Part shown: positions 17,886-27,267 of the stretch, piece by piece
Layout: the number at the start of each line of letters is the position of its first letter
Position numbering within the stretch: the stretch's first letter is position 1
Virus record (IMG/VR): IMGVR_UViG_3300017613_001587
Direction: 5' to 3' (one strand)
Origin: a virus
Taxonomy: Duplodnaviria > Heunggongvirae > Uroviricota > Caudoviricetes
DNA: 64,000 bases
The notes under the pieces: model-generated
The model's database searches: none
What the model was told of the DNA's origin: nothing
Seen by the model: the letters and a program-made list of their open reading frames with translations, nothing else
Made by a program: the position numbers and the translations under genes

Positions 17886-18191
17886 GTGATGGAATCTAGA
17901 CTAAGGTACCGTGATATACCGTGGGGGGTGGCATTCTGTGTGCTGCCAGGTAAGATCATCGGTAGGTGTGTAATTGATCCATGCGTCAGGTTTAGCGTGA
18001 GCTGGAAGCGAATTATGATGCGGTGGCTTCAAAGACTGCTTATATTTACGATAGTTATAGTAGTCGTCGGCCTCTTGCTCTTTGGGATCGATGCTCTGAC
18101 ACAAGGGGAGTTCTTTGGTTGGCTGCTGCATATATGGCATCAGGTATCACCACCACCGGACACTACTGACGTTGTACTGAGGCCACATTAA
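17886..18191 (+). CDS. membrane protein
   Basis: AAAGGAGATTCGTG-ATG. Confidence 0.4.
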   Translation: MMESRLRYRDIPWGVAFCVLPGKIIGRCVIDPCVRFSVSWKRIMMRWLQRLLIFTIVIVVVGLLLFGIDALTQGEFFGWLLHIWHQVSPPPDTTDVVLRPH

Positions 18192-18529
18192 TGAATAATA
18201 GGAAATTAATACGGAAACTTACAGGCTCATACCTGATTAGGTGTAAGTACTGGGTGGTATGTGGTAGGGAACATTGTATGCATTACGAACCGCATACTCC
18301 CGTTGCCAATCATTGTATCCTTATGAGCCCTGTTAAATACTGTGGCGCAGTGGGAGGGTTTGTCCACGATATCCCCCTGAGTGAGATAGACTCAAATTAT
18401 CAATGTGATCCGAATCTTGCGTTCAAGGCTAAGGTGGACGCTGACAACAGGAGGACCAAAAAGTACGAACAGGCAATGAACAAACGACGGCACCCAGCAG
18501 GGTGGGATGATAGTGATGACTACTTCTAA
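18191..18529 (+). CDS. hypothetical protein with a DPNLAFKAK motif
   Basis: ATGA overlap with the upstream stop. Confidence 0.45.
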   Translation: MNNRKLIRKLTGSYLIRCKYWVVCGREHCMHYEPHTPVANHCILMSPVKYCGAVGGFVHDIPLSEIDSNYQCDPNLAFKAKVDADNRRTKKYEQAMNKRRHPAGWDDSDDYF

Positions 18530-18538
18530 GGAGGCTGT

Positions 18539-19090
18539 ATGACAACAGCATGTTTTACAGGACATCGCAAGATAGGTGCAAACTATTACAATCGCCATAA
18601 TCCCTCACCGGAGTGGCACACGTTGCAGCAGTACATGAACCAGATCGTACAAGGTATGTGCGGTTCACCATACCAGGTGGATCATTACATCAGTGGCCTG
18701 GCAATAGGAGTAGACATGCTGGGGGCTGAGTGTGTAGCCTACGTACGTAGCTTTCTGAAAACACAGGTAAATCTTACCGGCGCCATGCCCTTCCCCTCGC
18801 AGCCCAATAGGTGGCCGGAGCCCACTCGTAATCACTGGGACGATGTGTGTCAGCTATGCAACAAGGTAGTAGCTGTATCAGCTGACCCGTATTCGCCGCA
18901 GAAGATGCAGATCCGTAATCAATGGATGGTGGATCAGTCTCATTATGTCATAGCTGTATGGAATGGTGTAAAGAAAGGCGGTACCTGGAACTGTATGCAA
19001 TATGCCCTGAGTCAAGGCAAATCAGTGCTTATACTCCAACAGACACATGGGGTGTGGGACTGTAAATGGGCAGTAGGAGATCAATCGTGA
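18539..19090 (+). CDS. SLOG-superfamily YpsA/DUF1273-like protein
   Basis: TGHR..ISGLAIGVDMLGAE..LTGAMPFPSQPNRW..YSPQKMQIRNQWMVDQSHYVIAVWNG.KKGGT parallels the block order of B. subtilis YpsA. Confidence 0.5.
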   Translation: MTTACFTGHRKIGANYYNRHNPSPEWHTLQQYMNQIVQGMCGSPYQVDHYISGLAIGVDMLGAECVAYVRSFLKTQVNLTGAMPFPSQPNRWPEPTRNHWDDVCQLCNKVVAVSADPYSPQKMQIRNQWMVDQSHYVIAVWNGVKKGGTWNCMQYALSQGKSVLILQQTHGVWDCKWAVGDQS

Positions 19091-19410
19091 ATATTCTAAC
19101 ATTCGAACATAACATAGGATTTAAAGAATTAGAGCGTCAGCTCTATGATGCATGCCACATGACTACACCCTTAGGCTTACCCGCTTTGTTTCACTTCGAG
19201 GGTTCTATCGAGAAGAAGGTTATCATGTGTATGTATCCGAATAAACTGGCAGATCTGATTCATAAGAATTTAGGTGTGTTTGCTGACCGGGGATGGACTG
19301 CTGTAATGCACATCGATGAGGTAGGTTTTACTCACGTCTTCTTCGGAAAGAATGAGGGTGTGTTAGAACTACCTGACGTATTCAATCAACCAATAGCAGG
19401 AACTTGTTAA
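19087..19410 (+). CDS. hypothetical protein (GTG start)
   Basis: GTAGGAGATCAATC-GTG. Confidence 0.4.
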   Translation: MNILTFEHNIGFKELERQLYDACHMTTPLGLPALFHFEGSIEKKVIMCMYPNKLADLIHKNLGVFADRGWTAVMHIDEVGFTHVFFGKNEGVLELPDVFNQPIAGTC

Positions 19411-19670
19411 TGTATTTAGCCAAAATGAGTGGCTCCTTAGTGGAGCCTGGTACTACGATCGAGATAACTGGTGTTGATGACTTTAAGTGTGAAGTGCTGG
19501 CTGTTCACCCAGAGCACTTCGACATAAAGTGGCTGCTGGGTGAGAACAAAGGTAAAGTCGACAAACTACCGTTCTCTATATTTGGTCATGATGCGGTGTC
19601 GGTGTTCGAGGTTAAGGATAGCACATCGGAACCTAATAAAGCATGGTTATATAAGAGGATGACGGAGTGA
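19404..19670 (+). CDS. member of a small paralogous family (C-terminal EPNKAW)
   Basis: ORF track. Confidence 0.45.
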   Translation: MLMYLAKMSGSLVEPGTTIEITGVDDFKCEVLAVHPEHFDIKWLLGENKGKVDKLPFSIFGHDAVSVFEVKDSTSEPNKAWLYKRMTE

Positions 19671-20053
19671 GTATGACAACTAGCAGTAATTATTATTTTG
19701 AAACAACCTGGTCAAGCGATAACTTAGTGAATGTGAGTGAGATGCAGAAGGATGCTACCATTATAGACACTAAAGCTCCGCATGAGGAGTGGTCTGATGT
19801 AGTGAAAGCATCTTTTAATGGTGTAAGCTATCAATTAGAGGACGTAGTATCTCTCATTAAACACGAAGACAATACCTTCGCTAGGATAATTGAGTTTGGT
19901 CCAATTGAGGCTACTCTACGTATTGTAGGAACTGGTAAGTTAATCAGAGAGCATTATGCGTACTTCGAACACATTGACCATAGACGTCTGGCTAAAGTCA
20001 GGCTAAATCCTAACGAGGCATTTAGACATCGGAAGAAGAAGAGGAGGTTCTGA
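19667..20053 (+). CDS. hypothetical protein ending NPNEAFRHRKKKRRF
   Basis: ATGA overlap with the upstream stop. Confidence 0.45.
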   Translation: MSMTTSSNYYFETTWSSDNLVNVSEMQKDATIIDTKAPHEEWSDVVKASFNGVSYQLEDVVSLIKHEDNTFARIIEFGPIEATLRIVGTGKLIREHYAYFEHIDHRRLAKVRLNPNEAFRHRKKKRRF

Positions 20054-20280
20054 TGTGGTATTATGATCCGTTCATTATGAGTGCTCTAACATTCGGTTTT
20101 GTTGGAGGATTTGCTGCTGCCTGTGGATCATGGGCAGCCAGTAGAAGACGCTCCTTCATAGCAAAGTTCTTCATGCTCTGTCTTGCTCTGAGTCTGGGCG
20201 GTGCAACATTTACTCTGGTCTTCGGATGGTTATTAAACAACGGGGAGGTATTCCAATCATGGATTTCGACAACATTATAG
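20053..20280 (+). CDS. membrane protein
   Basis: Two transmembrane helices. Confidence 0.4.
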   Translation: MWYYDPFIMSALTFGFVGGFAAACGSWAASRRRSFIAKFFMLCLALSLGGATFTLVFGWLLNNGEVFQSWISTTL

Positions 20281-20471
20281 TAATATTACTATGGCTAATC
20301 ACAGCCAAGTGGACGGTAGGAGCTGGTTACGGCATCTATCTCTTGCGTAATAACCCAGGTCCATGGGATTGGAAAGACACATGGATGGTAGGTCCATTAT
20401 TCTGGGCAGGCTACGGTCTGGGAAGAGGTGTTAAATGGTGTATGACACGTATCCGGTCGGCACGGTCGTAA
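20259..20471 (+). CDS. membrane protein
   Basis: GGGGAGGTATTCCAATC-ATG. Confidence 0.4.
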   Translation: MDFDNIIVILLWLITAKWTVGAGYGIYLLRNNPGPWDWKDTWMVGPLFWAGYGLGRGVKWCMTRIRSARS

Positions 20472-20710
20472 AAGTAAAAAAGCGTATGTCTCAGCCCAGC
20501 AATTGGAATGAAGACATGTTCAATGATATAGCTGGCATGACGCTCAAGGTAGTCAGTAATAGTATGGAAACTATAACATCGGGCCGTAAATACATATATA
20601 CTCTCGAAGGTTATAGGTGGTCTTGGCGTCATATAGACCTCAAACTGGTCAAAGCGGCTGAACTAGAGCCGAACTTAGCATTTAGGATTAAAAAGCATGG
20701 ACGTAGATGA
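20435..20710 (+). CDS. paralog-family protein (YPVGTVVKV..SNWNEDM; C-terminal EPNLAFRIKKHGRR)
   Basis: Aligns with 20697-20987 and 44175-44534. Confidence 0.45.
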   Translation: MVYDTYPVGTVVKVKKRMSQPSNWNEDMFNDIAGMTLKVVSNSMETITSGRKYIYTLEGYRWSWRHIDLKLVKAAELEPNLAFRIKKHGRR

Positions 20711-20987
20711 AATATACCCCGGTCAAATAGTCAGAATCATTGAATGGGAGTATCGTCCCGAACACTGGTCTGAAGATATGGATGGCTGGCAGGGAGAGGT
20801 AGTCACCATTGGCAAGATATACGATGATGAAGAAATCTATATCGAGGATGATAGCCGGGAGTGGCAATGGTACCCAGAGGACTTCGAACCTTACCACATG
20901 ATACCAGCAGATAATCCTAACATGCGCTATAAAGTTCACAAGCATGAGGCAAGAATGCGTGAACTCAGAGGAGTATTGAAGAAATGA
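20697..20987 (+). CDS. paralog-family protein (YPGQIVRII..EHWSEDM; C-terminal NPNMRYKVHKH)
   Basis: Aligns with 20435-20710. Confidence 0.45.
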   Translation: MDVDEIYPGQIVRIIEWEYRPEHWSEDMDGWQGEVVTIGKIYDDEEIYIEDDSREWQWYPEDFEPYHMIPADNPNMRYKVHKHEARMRELRGVLKK

Positions 20988-21181
20988 CAAAACCAGCTGA
21001 AGGTAGCACCAAAGGAGAACTGAGCAGGCCTTTCGAACCGTTCTACAGTAACAGGCTGCCTGTAGGTACTCCATGTGATATAATCAACGAAGACGAAGAT
21101 AGATACATCGTGAAGTTCCCTGGTGTGGTCGGTTATTCAGGTTCCTTCCATATCAAAAAGAGTTCTGTAAATGTTAGTTAA
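20984..21181 (+). CDS. hypothetical protein
   Basis: ATGA overlap with the upstream stop. Confidence 0.4.
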   Translation: MTKPAEGSTKGELSRPFEPFYSNRLPVGTPCDIINEDEDRYIVKFPGVVGYSGSFHIKKSSVNVS

Positions 21182-21256
21182 TCACCCTGTTGGTTTCTCT
21201 GAGACCGGCTGGTGAGCCGCTACGTGCGGCCAAATCCAAGAAAAGGAGATTGAGTC

Positions 21257-21697
21257 ATGAAATTCAGAACAAAGTTAATGTCGGCCATCGTCGTCCTGTG
21301 TGCGTTGTCCTTTACCGCAGGCCTGTGTATCAATGAAGGACTTGCTGCTGAGCAGAAAGGCCTGAAAGTACTCGGTAAGATTAATGTCAAGGCTGGAACC
21401 CAGTTGGAAGGTATCGTCATGGTTGGCCAGGCCTCTACTGGCTTCATGTTTGTAGCCTTCGAGGATACAACTATCTATATCTTGGAGAAGATCGCTCCGG
21501 TTGCCGGAAGCCACAATGGCGGATACATGGCCGATTCTGATGGGTTTCCCCACAATTGCCCGACGCACGGCTTGGAGCCGATGGGGCCTGGAATCATTCT
21601 CATCCCACAGCAGCTCGTCGACGATGGTACGGTTGAAGTCATGCTTTTTGAGCAGGGTATGCCCAACGCCGGTGATGGGAGTACCAATGGCGGATGA
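21257..21697 (+). CDS. secreted protein with a signal peptide
   Basis: AAAAGGAGATTGAGTC-ATG; N-terminal hydrophobic signal MKFRTKLMSAIVVLCALSFTAGLC. Confidence 0.45.
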   Translation: MKFRTKLMSAIVVLCALSFTAGLCINEGLAAEQKGLKVLGKINVKAGTQLEGIVMVGQASTGFMFVAFEDTTIYILEKIAPVAGSHNGGYMADSDGFPHNCPTHGLEPMGPGIILIPQQLVDDGTVEVMLFEQGMPNAGDGSTNGG

Positions 21698-21869
21698 ACT
21701 GCCGAACCCAAACGAACTGTTTAAGGACCATCCGGGACAAACACTAGAGCCGCCTTGGGAGCCGTTCTGGGACTGCATTAGTTTTGCCTCGGATGACTGT
21801 CCTCAGGACTGTGATAATTGTGACGCACCTAAGGACACTATTGATCTATTATGTGAAGCCAAGTGGTAA
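21687..21869 (+). CDS. small Cys-rich protein starting MADELPNPNELFK
   Basis: GGGAGTACCA-ATG. Confidence 0.35.
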   Translation: MADELPNPNELFKDHPGQTLEPPWEPFWDCISFASDDCPQDCDNCDAPKDTIDLLCEAKW

Positions 21870-21872
21870 ACC

Positions 21873-22118
21873 ATGCCCCCGTATTATTACTATAACACCC
21901 TCAATAACAAAGTATCCACCTCTGTCCCTATTAGTATGTGTGGCAAGAATGGGCCTATGTCTATGTGCTCTGCTGCTTCCATAGAGGATCAGCATGGATG
22001 TAAATACCATGAAGATGCTACCGTAAGGGACTGCTGTTTGTGGTATTTAGAGGATTTTTCGGGTGCTTGTGGTAATCCGTGGGCACAAGCGGGCATTGAA
22101 AAGCCCAAAGGAGACTGA
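21873..22118 (+). CDS. hypothetical Cys-rich protein
   Basis: ORF track. Confidence 0.4.
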   Translation: MPPYYYYNTLNNKVSTSVPISMCGKNGPMSMCSAASIEDQHGCKYHEDATVRDCCLWYLEDFSGACGNPWAQAGIEKPKGD

Positions 22119-22119
22119 T

Positions 22120-22461
22120 ATGAATAAAGAAGAAACCATCGATATGAGTCGTTATGCCCTGTCAGAAGAGATTCACGAAAAATGTGTAGGTTGCGACAGA
22201 GTGTTCGATTATACACCTGGAGAGGGTATGATCGTTTCACAAAAGTGTCTTGCCTATATCCGTCCTGCCATGTGGTGGGAGGAGAAACCTGTTGCCCTGG
22301 CACCTACCCTGGTGCGTTCCCAAGCCAACCCGAAAGGTGTGCTTCAAGACCTGCCTGTCAAGGAATTCAAATGTCCTCTGGCGTCCCATGTTCAGAGTGC
22401 AGCCCAAGTTTCCGGCGAAAAGAAGCGGGTTGGTCAGCAGAAACAGAAGAAGAAGGGGTAA
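22120..22461 (+). CDS. hypothetical protein
   Basis: AAGGAGACTGAT-ATG. Confidence 0.45.
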   Translation: MNKEETIDMSRYALSEEIHEKCVGCDRVFDYTPGEGMIVSQKCLAYIRPAMWWEEKPVALAPTLVRSQANPKGVLQDLPVKEFKCPLASHVQSAAQVSGEKKRVGQQKQKKKG

Positions 22462-22464
22462 ACT

Positions 22465-22659
22465 ATGGCACGAGATCCTATGGAAGACAGGCTGGAAGCC
22501 CAAGAGATTATGAAAGAGATGCAGATATGTCCCCACTGTAAGGAGGTGGGGGCATGTGGGTGTCCTAACCCTAACGCACCTGATGATATTGACACCGATC
22601 CACGATTCGGTACCACGAAAGATGGCCGTCCTGTGGAGAAAGGAATCGATACGACATGA
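22465..22659 (+). CDS. hypothetical Cys-rich protein
   Basis: ORF track. Confidence 0.4.
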   Translation: MARDPMEDRLEAQEIMKEMQICPHCKEVGACGCPNPNAPDDIDTDPRFGTTKDGRPVEKGIDTT

Positions 22660-23084
22660 ATCCTACTGTCCATTTCATTGTAACATGTGATGGCGGCAGT
22701 ATAGACAATCATGATAAGGCCGTAGAGTCTCGTGGTTATGGCTCTTTCATAATTGAGATGCAGGGCCGCCCTGGTAAGCTCTCTACACAGCGCGATTTTG
22801 GTGCCGGAGTGACTAACAATGAGGCAGAGTACATGGCCTTCATATCTGCTCTGGACCATATATCCGATGCGTTCAAGTCTACAGGCACTGACCTGAAGAC
22901 TGTAGAGATAACAGTTAACTCTGATTCACAACTGATGATACGTCAGTTGGTTGGTACCAACAAAGTTCATGCTCCAAACCTGATACCCCTGGCTGATCAA
23001 GCTAAGAAGCTCATGGATCGTTTTCACCGGGTCAGCTTCAACCGTATTTCTGGTGATAAGATGAAGGAAATTATCGGACACTGA
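22656..23084 (+). CDS. rnhA: ribonuclease H (RNase HI-like)
   Basis: VHFIVTCDGGSIDNHDK..GVTNNEAEYMAFISAL..VEITVNSDSQLMIRQL matches the RNase H DxD/TNNxAEYxA/DS pattern. Confidence 0.7.
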   Translation: MNPTVHFIVTCDGGSIDNHDKAVESRGYGSFIIEMQGRPGKLSTQRDFGAGVTNNEAEYMAFISALDHISDAFKSTGTDLKTVEITVNSDSQLMIRQLVGTNKVHAPNLIPLADQAKKLMDRFHRVSFNRISGDKMKEIIGH

Positions 23085-23095
23085 AGGAGGTACCG

Positions 23096-23290
23096 TTGCT
23101 CGTTTCCTATGATTACCGTTGGTGCCCTGTTTGTGATTCTGAAACCCACCACACAATATTTAAAGACAGACTTGTTTGTAATGCCTGTCACACGCACGAG
23201 GAGGTGCAAGAATGGCAGAAATCAACGAAGAACAACACGACAAAGCCAAAGAAGTGCTCGCCCTCGCAGAGGCAGGCCGTTCGCCTCTAG
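23096..23290 (+). CDS. small zinc-ribbon protein
   Basis: CPVCD..CNAC; overlaps the next gene. Confidence 0.3.
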   Translation: MLVSYDYRWCPVCDSETHHTIFKDRLVCNACHTHEEVQEWQKSTKNNTTKPKKCSPSQRQAVRL

Positions 23291-23499
23291 CTCAAGCTAT
23301 GTTAGAGGATGAATCGGTTAGGCTGGCTTCACAAAACAGATCCAAGGCCTACATAGACAAATGTGAGGCAGAGAAAGACGATATGCCTGCCTGGATGTGG
23401 AACCTGCTGTATTTTATACTGGGGATGCTGTTCTGTATGTCCGAACCGGCAATGTTCAACCTAGTCTGGAACATAATCAAGGCCCAAAACGGGGGATAA
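23212..23499 (+). CDS. hypothetical protein with a C-terminal transmembrane helix
   Basis: GAGGAGGTGCAAGA-ATG. Confidence 0.45.
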   Translation: MAEINEEQHDKAKEVLALAEAGRSPLAQAMLEDESVRLASQNRSKAYIDKCEAEKDDMPAWMWNLLYFILGMLFCMSEPAMFNLVWNIIKAQNGG

Positions 23500-23503
23500 C
23501 ACG

Positions 23504-23653
23504 ATGGGTGAGCTTGTCCCATTTGAAACATTTAAGCAGCGCAAAGAACGGCAAGACGCTGCAAAAGAGATGGCTAAGAGGCGTGCTAGTATACGACGCC
23601 TCCTCGGCTATGCTGAAAAACACGACTGGGAGAAAGACGATGACGAAAGCTGA
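23504..23653 (+). CDS. small basic protein (49 aa)
   Basis: GGGGGATAACACG-ATG. Confidence 0.3.
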   Translation: MGELVPFETFKQRKERQDAAKEMAKRRASIRRLLGYAEKHDWEKDDDES

Positions 23654-23957
23654 AGGTATAGCCTGTGCAGCGGTTATGATACCGTTCATGACTGGACTGA
23701 TGATATTCCTCAGCACTATAATCTCCCATTCACTATCTAAATTCTGGTGGTGGGAAAAGGTGATGATTTGGTGGTGGGGAGATTGGTTTCCTCACACCGA
23801 CGAATCATTCGATGACCGGCTGATTAGCACCTGTACCATAGTTGGTGTATGTATGATGCTGGTACCTATAGTAGTAGTATATCTTTATACTGCATATGAG
23901 GGTATAACTGTATACAACTACATTACCGCTTCCTGGCAGGAGATTAGTAATAGATGA
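23640..23957 (+). CDS. membrane protein
   Basis: ATGA overlap; several transmembrane helices. Confidence 0.4.
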   Translation: MTKAEGIACAAVMIPFMTGLMIFLSTIISHSLSKFWWWEKVMIWWWGDWFPHTDESFDDRLISTCTIVGVCMMLVPIVVVYLYTAYEGITVYNYITASWQEISNR

Positions 23958-24469
23958 CTAAATGGTTTACCGCTGATCAACATTTCTATCACCGCAAGAT
24001 CATAGAGTACTGCAACCGTCCGTTTAAGAGTGAGAAACACATGCGGAATACACTCATCAATAACTTTAATGATGTAGTCCGTAAGGATGATCAGACTTTC
24101 ATCCTGGGAGACGCGGCTATGTTGGGTGGTTCCCAGTGGGAGCGCCTGCGCGGTGTTATTCAAAAGCTCAACGGTACCAAACATCTGATCTATGGCAATC
24201 ACGATGAACTCAGATGGCAACGATACATAGATGTCGGATTCACCACAACCCACTCCGCTCTATGGTTAGACGAAGGAGGTCACCACATAGTCATGGCTCA
24301 TGACCCAAGTGTATACTGTACTCTTGCGCCTGGTACTATATTTCTTCATGGTCATATACACACCTTGTACAAATCAATTCCCGATAAAAGAGTGGTGAAT
24401 GTTGGGGTAGATATGTGGAACTACTGCCCTGTCAATCTGGAACAAATCTTTAAGGAGCTCGGTTTATGA
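23954..24469 (+). CDS. calcineurin-like metallophosphoesterase
   Basis: FTADQHFYH..GDAAM..GNHD..HGHIH are the canonical metallophosphatase motifs. Confidence 0.7.
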   Translation: MTKWFTADQHFYHRKIIEYCNRPFKSEKHMRNTLINNFNDVVRKDDQTFILGDAAMLGGSQWERLRGVIQKLNGTKHLIYGNHDELRWQRYIDVGFTTTHSALWLDEGGHHIVMAHDPSVYCTLAPGTIFLHGHIHTLYKSIPDKRVVNVGVDMWNYCPVNLEQIFKELGL

Positions 24470-24657
24470 GAAACTGTGATACCAAGTGCGAAAGACGTGC
24501 CTTTGCGTCTGTTATAAAAGTTTTCTGTATCATTGTTAGTATTGCATGTGTGGTTTATACTTGCTCTGTCTTGGTGTAAATCTGGTTCTGGGGTTTCTCC
24601 TGACCGTGTTTTTGGGCGGCTTCTGGCCGTCTGCCATTCAAAAGAGGAGGGGTTGCA

Positions 24658-25194
24658 ATGCCCAAAAGATATTTACTGCTGCTTTTTGCCGCGGTTCTGT
24701 TGGCTACCACTGGTTGTGCTAGAAATGCGATTATTAACGTCGATGGCATGCCTATATCCAATCATGAGTATAACCTAACGAATGAGGAAACTGGCATTCG
24801 TGCAGTGTTCGTTCTTACGAGGTACTATCGTGAGTATGAGGGCAAAGAATATATCGTTAAGCCCGAATTCCTAGATGCTCTGAAGTATCAGCGTATAGAC
24901 CCTGAGAAGTTCGACGACCTAATCCTCCACCTCAAGGTTGTAAACCTTAAACGGAAGTATTTCTCCGTATCCTGGGAGGTTAGCGGACCCGGCGAGGCTG
25001 ATCAGGCCCTTGGCCACATGTACAGCGGGAAGTTGAGTCGTAAAGACTTCTACGTCAAATTGCCGCTGAGCAAACCTGGCGAAGTTAGCTACACGTTGAA
25101 CATCAGAGATTTCGATGGAGACGACCTGTATAGCTTACCGCTGATGCGGTACAAGGTGAAAGGGGGTGTCGAAACCAACCGGCAGGAGCCTTAA
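24658..25194 (+). CDS. lipoprotein
   Basis: MPKRYLLLLFAAVLLATTGC contains a lipobox. Confidence 0.5.
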   Translation: MPKRYLLLLFAAVLLATTGCARNAIINVDGMPISNHEYNLTNEETGIRAVFVLTRYYREYEGKEYIVKPEFLDALKYQRIDPEKFDDLILHLKVVNLKRKYFSVSWEVSGPGEADQALGHMYSGKLSRKDFYVKLPLSKPGEVSYTLNIRDFDGDDLYSLPLMRYKVKGGVETNRQEP

Positions 25195-25279
25195 GGGGTG
25201 TGTGCTTTGCCCGCCACACAACATATGTCAACATTTTAACTTATTCGAATAACTTAAACTTTAACAGGAGACTAATATC

Positions 25280-26236
25280 ATGAAACGCATTTTTATTCTT
25301 TCGATCGCAGTTCTTTTCGCTCTTTCCGTCCCGGCCATGGCCTGCTTTGGCCCCAGCTGTGAAGACAACGTCAACTCCAGTGTTTCCGGCGCCTTTACCG
25401 GTTATGATTCCGATGGCTTCAGCAAAGACAACGGCCTCCAAGGGGCCTCCGCATTTGCCGATGGTGCCGGTTCCGGTGAGTTCAATGCTTATTCCGAAGG
25501 CGATAAATTCGCTCATACCAGCGGTTTTGGTCATGGCGGAGCTGACCCTGAAGTTGGCGGCGCTCGTGGCAAACACTGGGTAGCCGTAGGGGCCAAGTCC
25601 TCTGCTGGTTCCGTGGCCGGTGCTTTTGCTGCTAATGATGGCGGATACCGCGAAGCTTATGCAGCCACTTACGGTGGTGTGTATCAGAATAACAGCGCCT
25701 ATACCACAGACGGCCCTGGCAACTTCGCTTCGGGCGGCAATGAGAGCGGCGCCAATTATTTCAACGATGATGGTGAGTCTTACGACGGCACCACAATTCG
25801 CAGAACTTATTACAAAGGCAACCTCTATGGTTGGGGCCGCCTGAATCCCTGGAATTATGGTTCCTATCTTGACACCATCTGCTTTCCCGGATCGGTTGGT
25901 GCTTTGTCCATGGGCGGAGCGCATACCGCCGGTGGAACTGTCGTCTACTCCAGAGATTATGGCAACACTGCCATTTCTTTTGGTGCGACCGGCAACTACG
26001 CCATGGGTAATGATGGTGTCTGGGGTAATGGTTTCATGGAAACCGGTTCCTTCGTATCTGATGGAATGTCCGGTGCCCAAGCCTACACCAGCGGTTCTTT
26101 CAATTACAGCGGCAACCACTTCGGTGGTGGCGCCACGTTCGGCGGTAGTGTATCGCATATCGGTAATGGTTCAGCCAGTGTATCGGCCAGTCATACCTCG
26201 ATCGCCACCGGCAACAATGGCGGACAGGCTGACTAA
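25280..26236 (+). CDS. secreted Gly/Ser/Ala/Asn-rich low-complexity protein
   Basis: Signal peptide MKRIFILSIAVLFALSVPAMA; the body is Gly-rich repeats. Confidence 0.5.
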   Translation: MKRIFILSIAVLFALSVPAMACFGPSCEDNVNSSVSGAFTGYDSDGFSKDNGLQGASAFADGAGSGEFNAYSEGDKFAHTSGFGHGGADPEVGGARGKHWVAVGAKSSAGSVAGAFAANDGGYREAYAATYGGVYQNNSAYTTDGPGNFASGGNESGANYFNDDGESYDGTTIRRTYYKGNLYGWGRLNPWNYGSYLDTICFPGSVGALSMGGAHTAGGTVVYSRDYGNTAISFGATGNYAMGNDGVWGNGFMETGSFVSDGMSGAQAYTSGSFNYSGNHFGGGATFGGSVSHIGNGSASVSASHTSIATGNNGGQAD

Positions 26237-26266
26237 TCCTTAACGGGATTTGATTTTTGCTTTATC

Positions 26267-26286
26267 GGGGGTCCTTCGGGGCCCCC
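26267..26286 (+). terminator. GC hairpin GGGGGTCCTTCGGGGCCCCC
   Basis: Inverted repeat between the two secreted-protein genes. Confidence 0.3.
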
Positions 26287-26333
26287 ACAACTATCACATC
26301 GAACGTAACATAAACTTATTTAGGAGAAAAACA

Positions 26334-27167
26334 ATGAAAAAGCTTCTTATTCTCGGCTCCATTGCAGTTCTGTCAATCGCCCTCATTACCCCGGCCATGG
26401 CTACTTCAACCGCCATCTCCACCAGTGAGACCAATGCCGCTGCTGAAGGTGGTGTAGGTTTTGGTGTAGTTGGTGATATCAACTCTGGTAACGTCACTAA
26501 AGTCCCCGAATCGAAGCGATATTTCGCTCCGGCCGGTGAGATCAATTACCCTGGCGCCCCGAACTTCTTCGGTGGAGCCACTCCGTCCTACATGGACCGC
26601 CTGAAGGCCAAGGACATGCTGGAATATGACCCTGAAGGTCTGACCATCAATGAATGTCTGATGCTTCGTCAGGATGACAACCTCAACGGCAAACGCATCA
26701 TGGTCCGTGAAAAATACGGATACCTGAAGAAAGACCAGCGTCTCGACAAAGACACGCCGATCCCGGTGTTCTTCGAGAAACAGGACAAACAATCGCTGGG
26801 TACCATCACCGTCGTGTCCGATGACAAGAAAAGTATCGGCCCTGACGTGTTCGCGGAAGCCATCCTTAAAGCCTGGGAACTGGGCGCAACTTCAGTTCAT
26901 GTCAAGGCTGAGGGTTTCCAGAGAGAAGTTCATAACGAAGGCGCAGGATGGGGCTTTAGCTGGACAGGTACCACGATTTCCGGCGGCCAGACCTCTGCTC
27001 ATACAGGCGTTATGGGCTTCGGTAAGTCCTGGGGACAAGCTGGATACTATGATCACCCGTTCATCGTGATCGTTGCCCTGGCTGAGAAGAACATCAAGTT
27101 TACGCCGAGCGGAAGCTCCGGTGCCAATCTTGGTATTCTGTGGAAAGACAACAACATCACCGAGTAG
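26334..27167 (+). CDS. secreted protein
   Basis: TAGGAGAAAAACA-ATG; signal peptide MKKLLILGSIAVLSIALITPAMA. Confidence 0.5.
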   Translation: MKKLLILGSIAVLSIALITPAMATSTAISTSETNAAAEGGVGFGVVGDINSGNVTKVPESKRYFAPAGEINYPGAPNFFGGATPSYMDRLKAKDMLEYDPEGLTINECLMLRQDDNLNGKRIMVREKYGYLKKDQRLDKDTPIPVFFEKQDKQSLGTITVVSDDKKSIGPDVFAEAILKAWELGATSVHVKAEGFQREVHNEGAGWGFSWTGTTISGGQTSAHTGVMGFGKSWGQAGYYDHPFIVIVALAEKNIKFTPSGSSGANLGILWKDNNITE

Positions 27168-27197
27168 TATCTACCGGTGTTGATGACTGTAAACTCT

Positions 27198-27235
27198 GGT
27201 GGGGGGAAGTTCCTCCCCCACCGGGGGTTTTTTTC
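27198..27235 (+). terminator. strong rho-independent terminator
   Basis: GGTGGGGGGAAGTTCCTCCCCCACC followed by GGGGGTTTTTTT. Confidence 0.65.
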
Positions 27236-27267
27236 AAGTATAGTTTCTTGAAGGAGGTACCACCACC

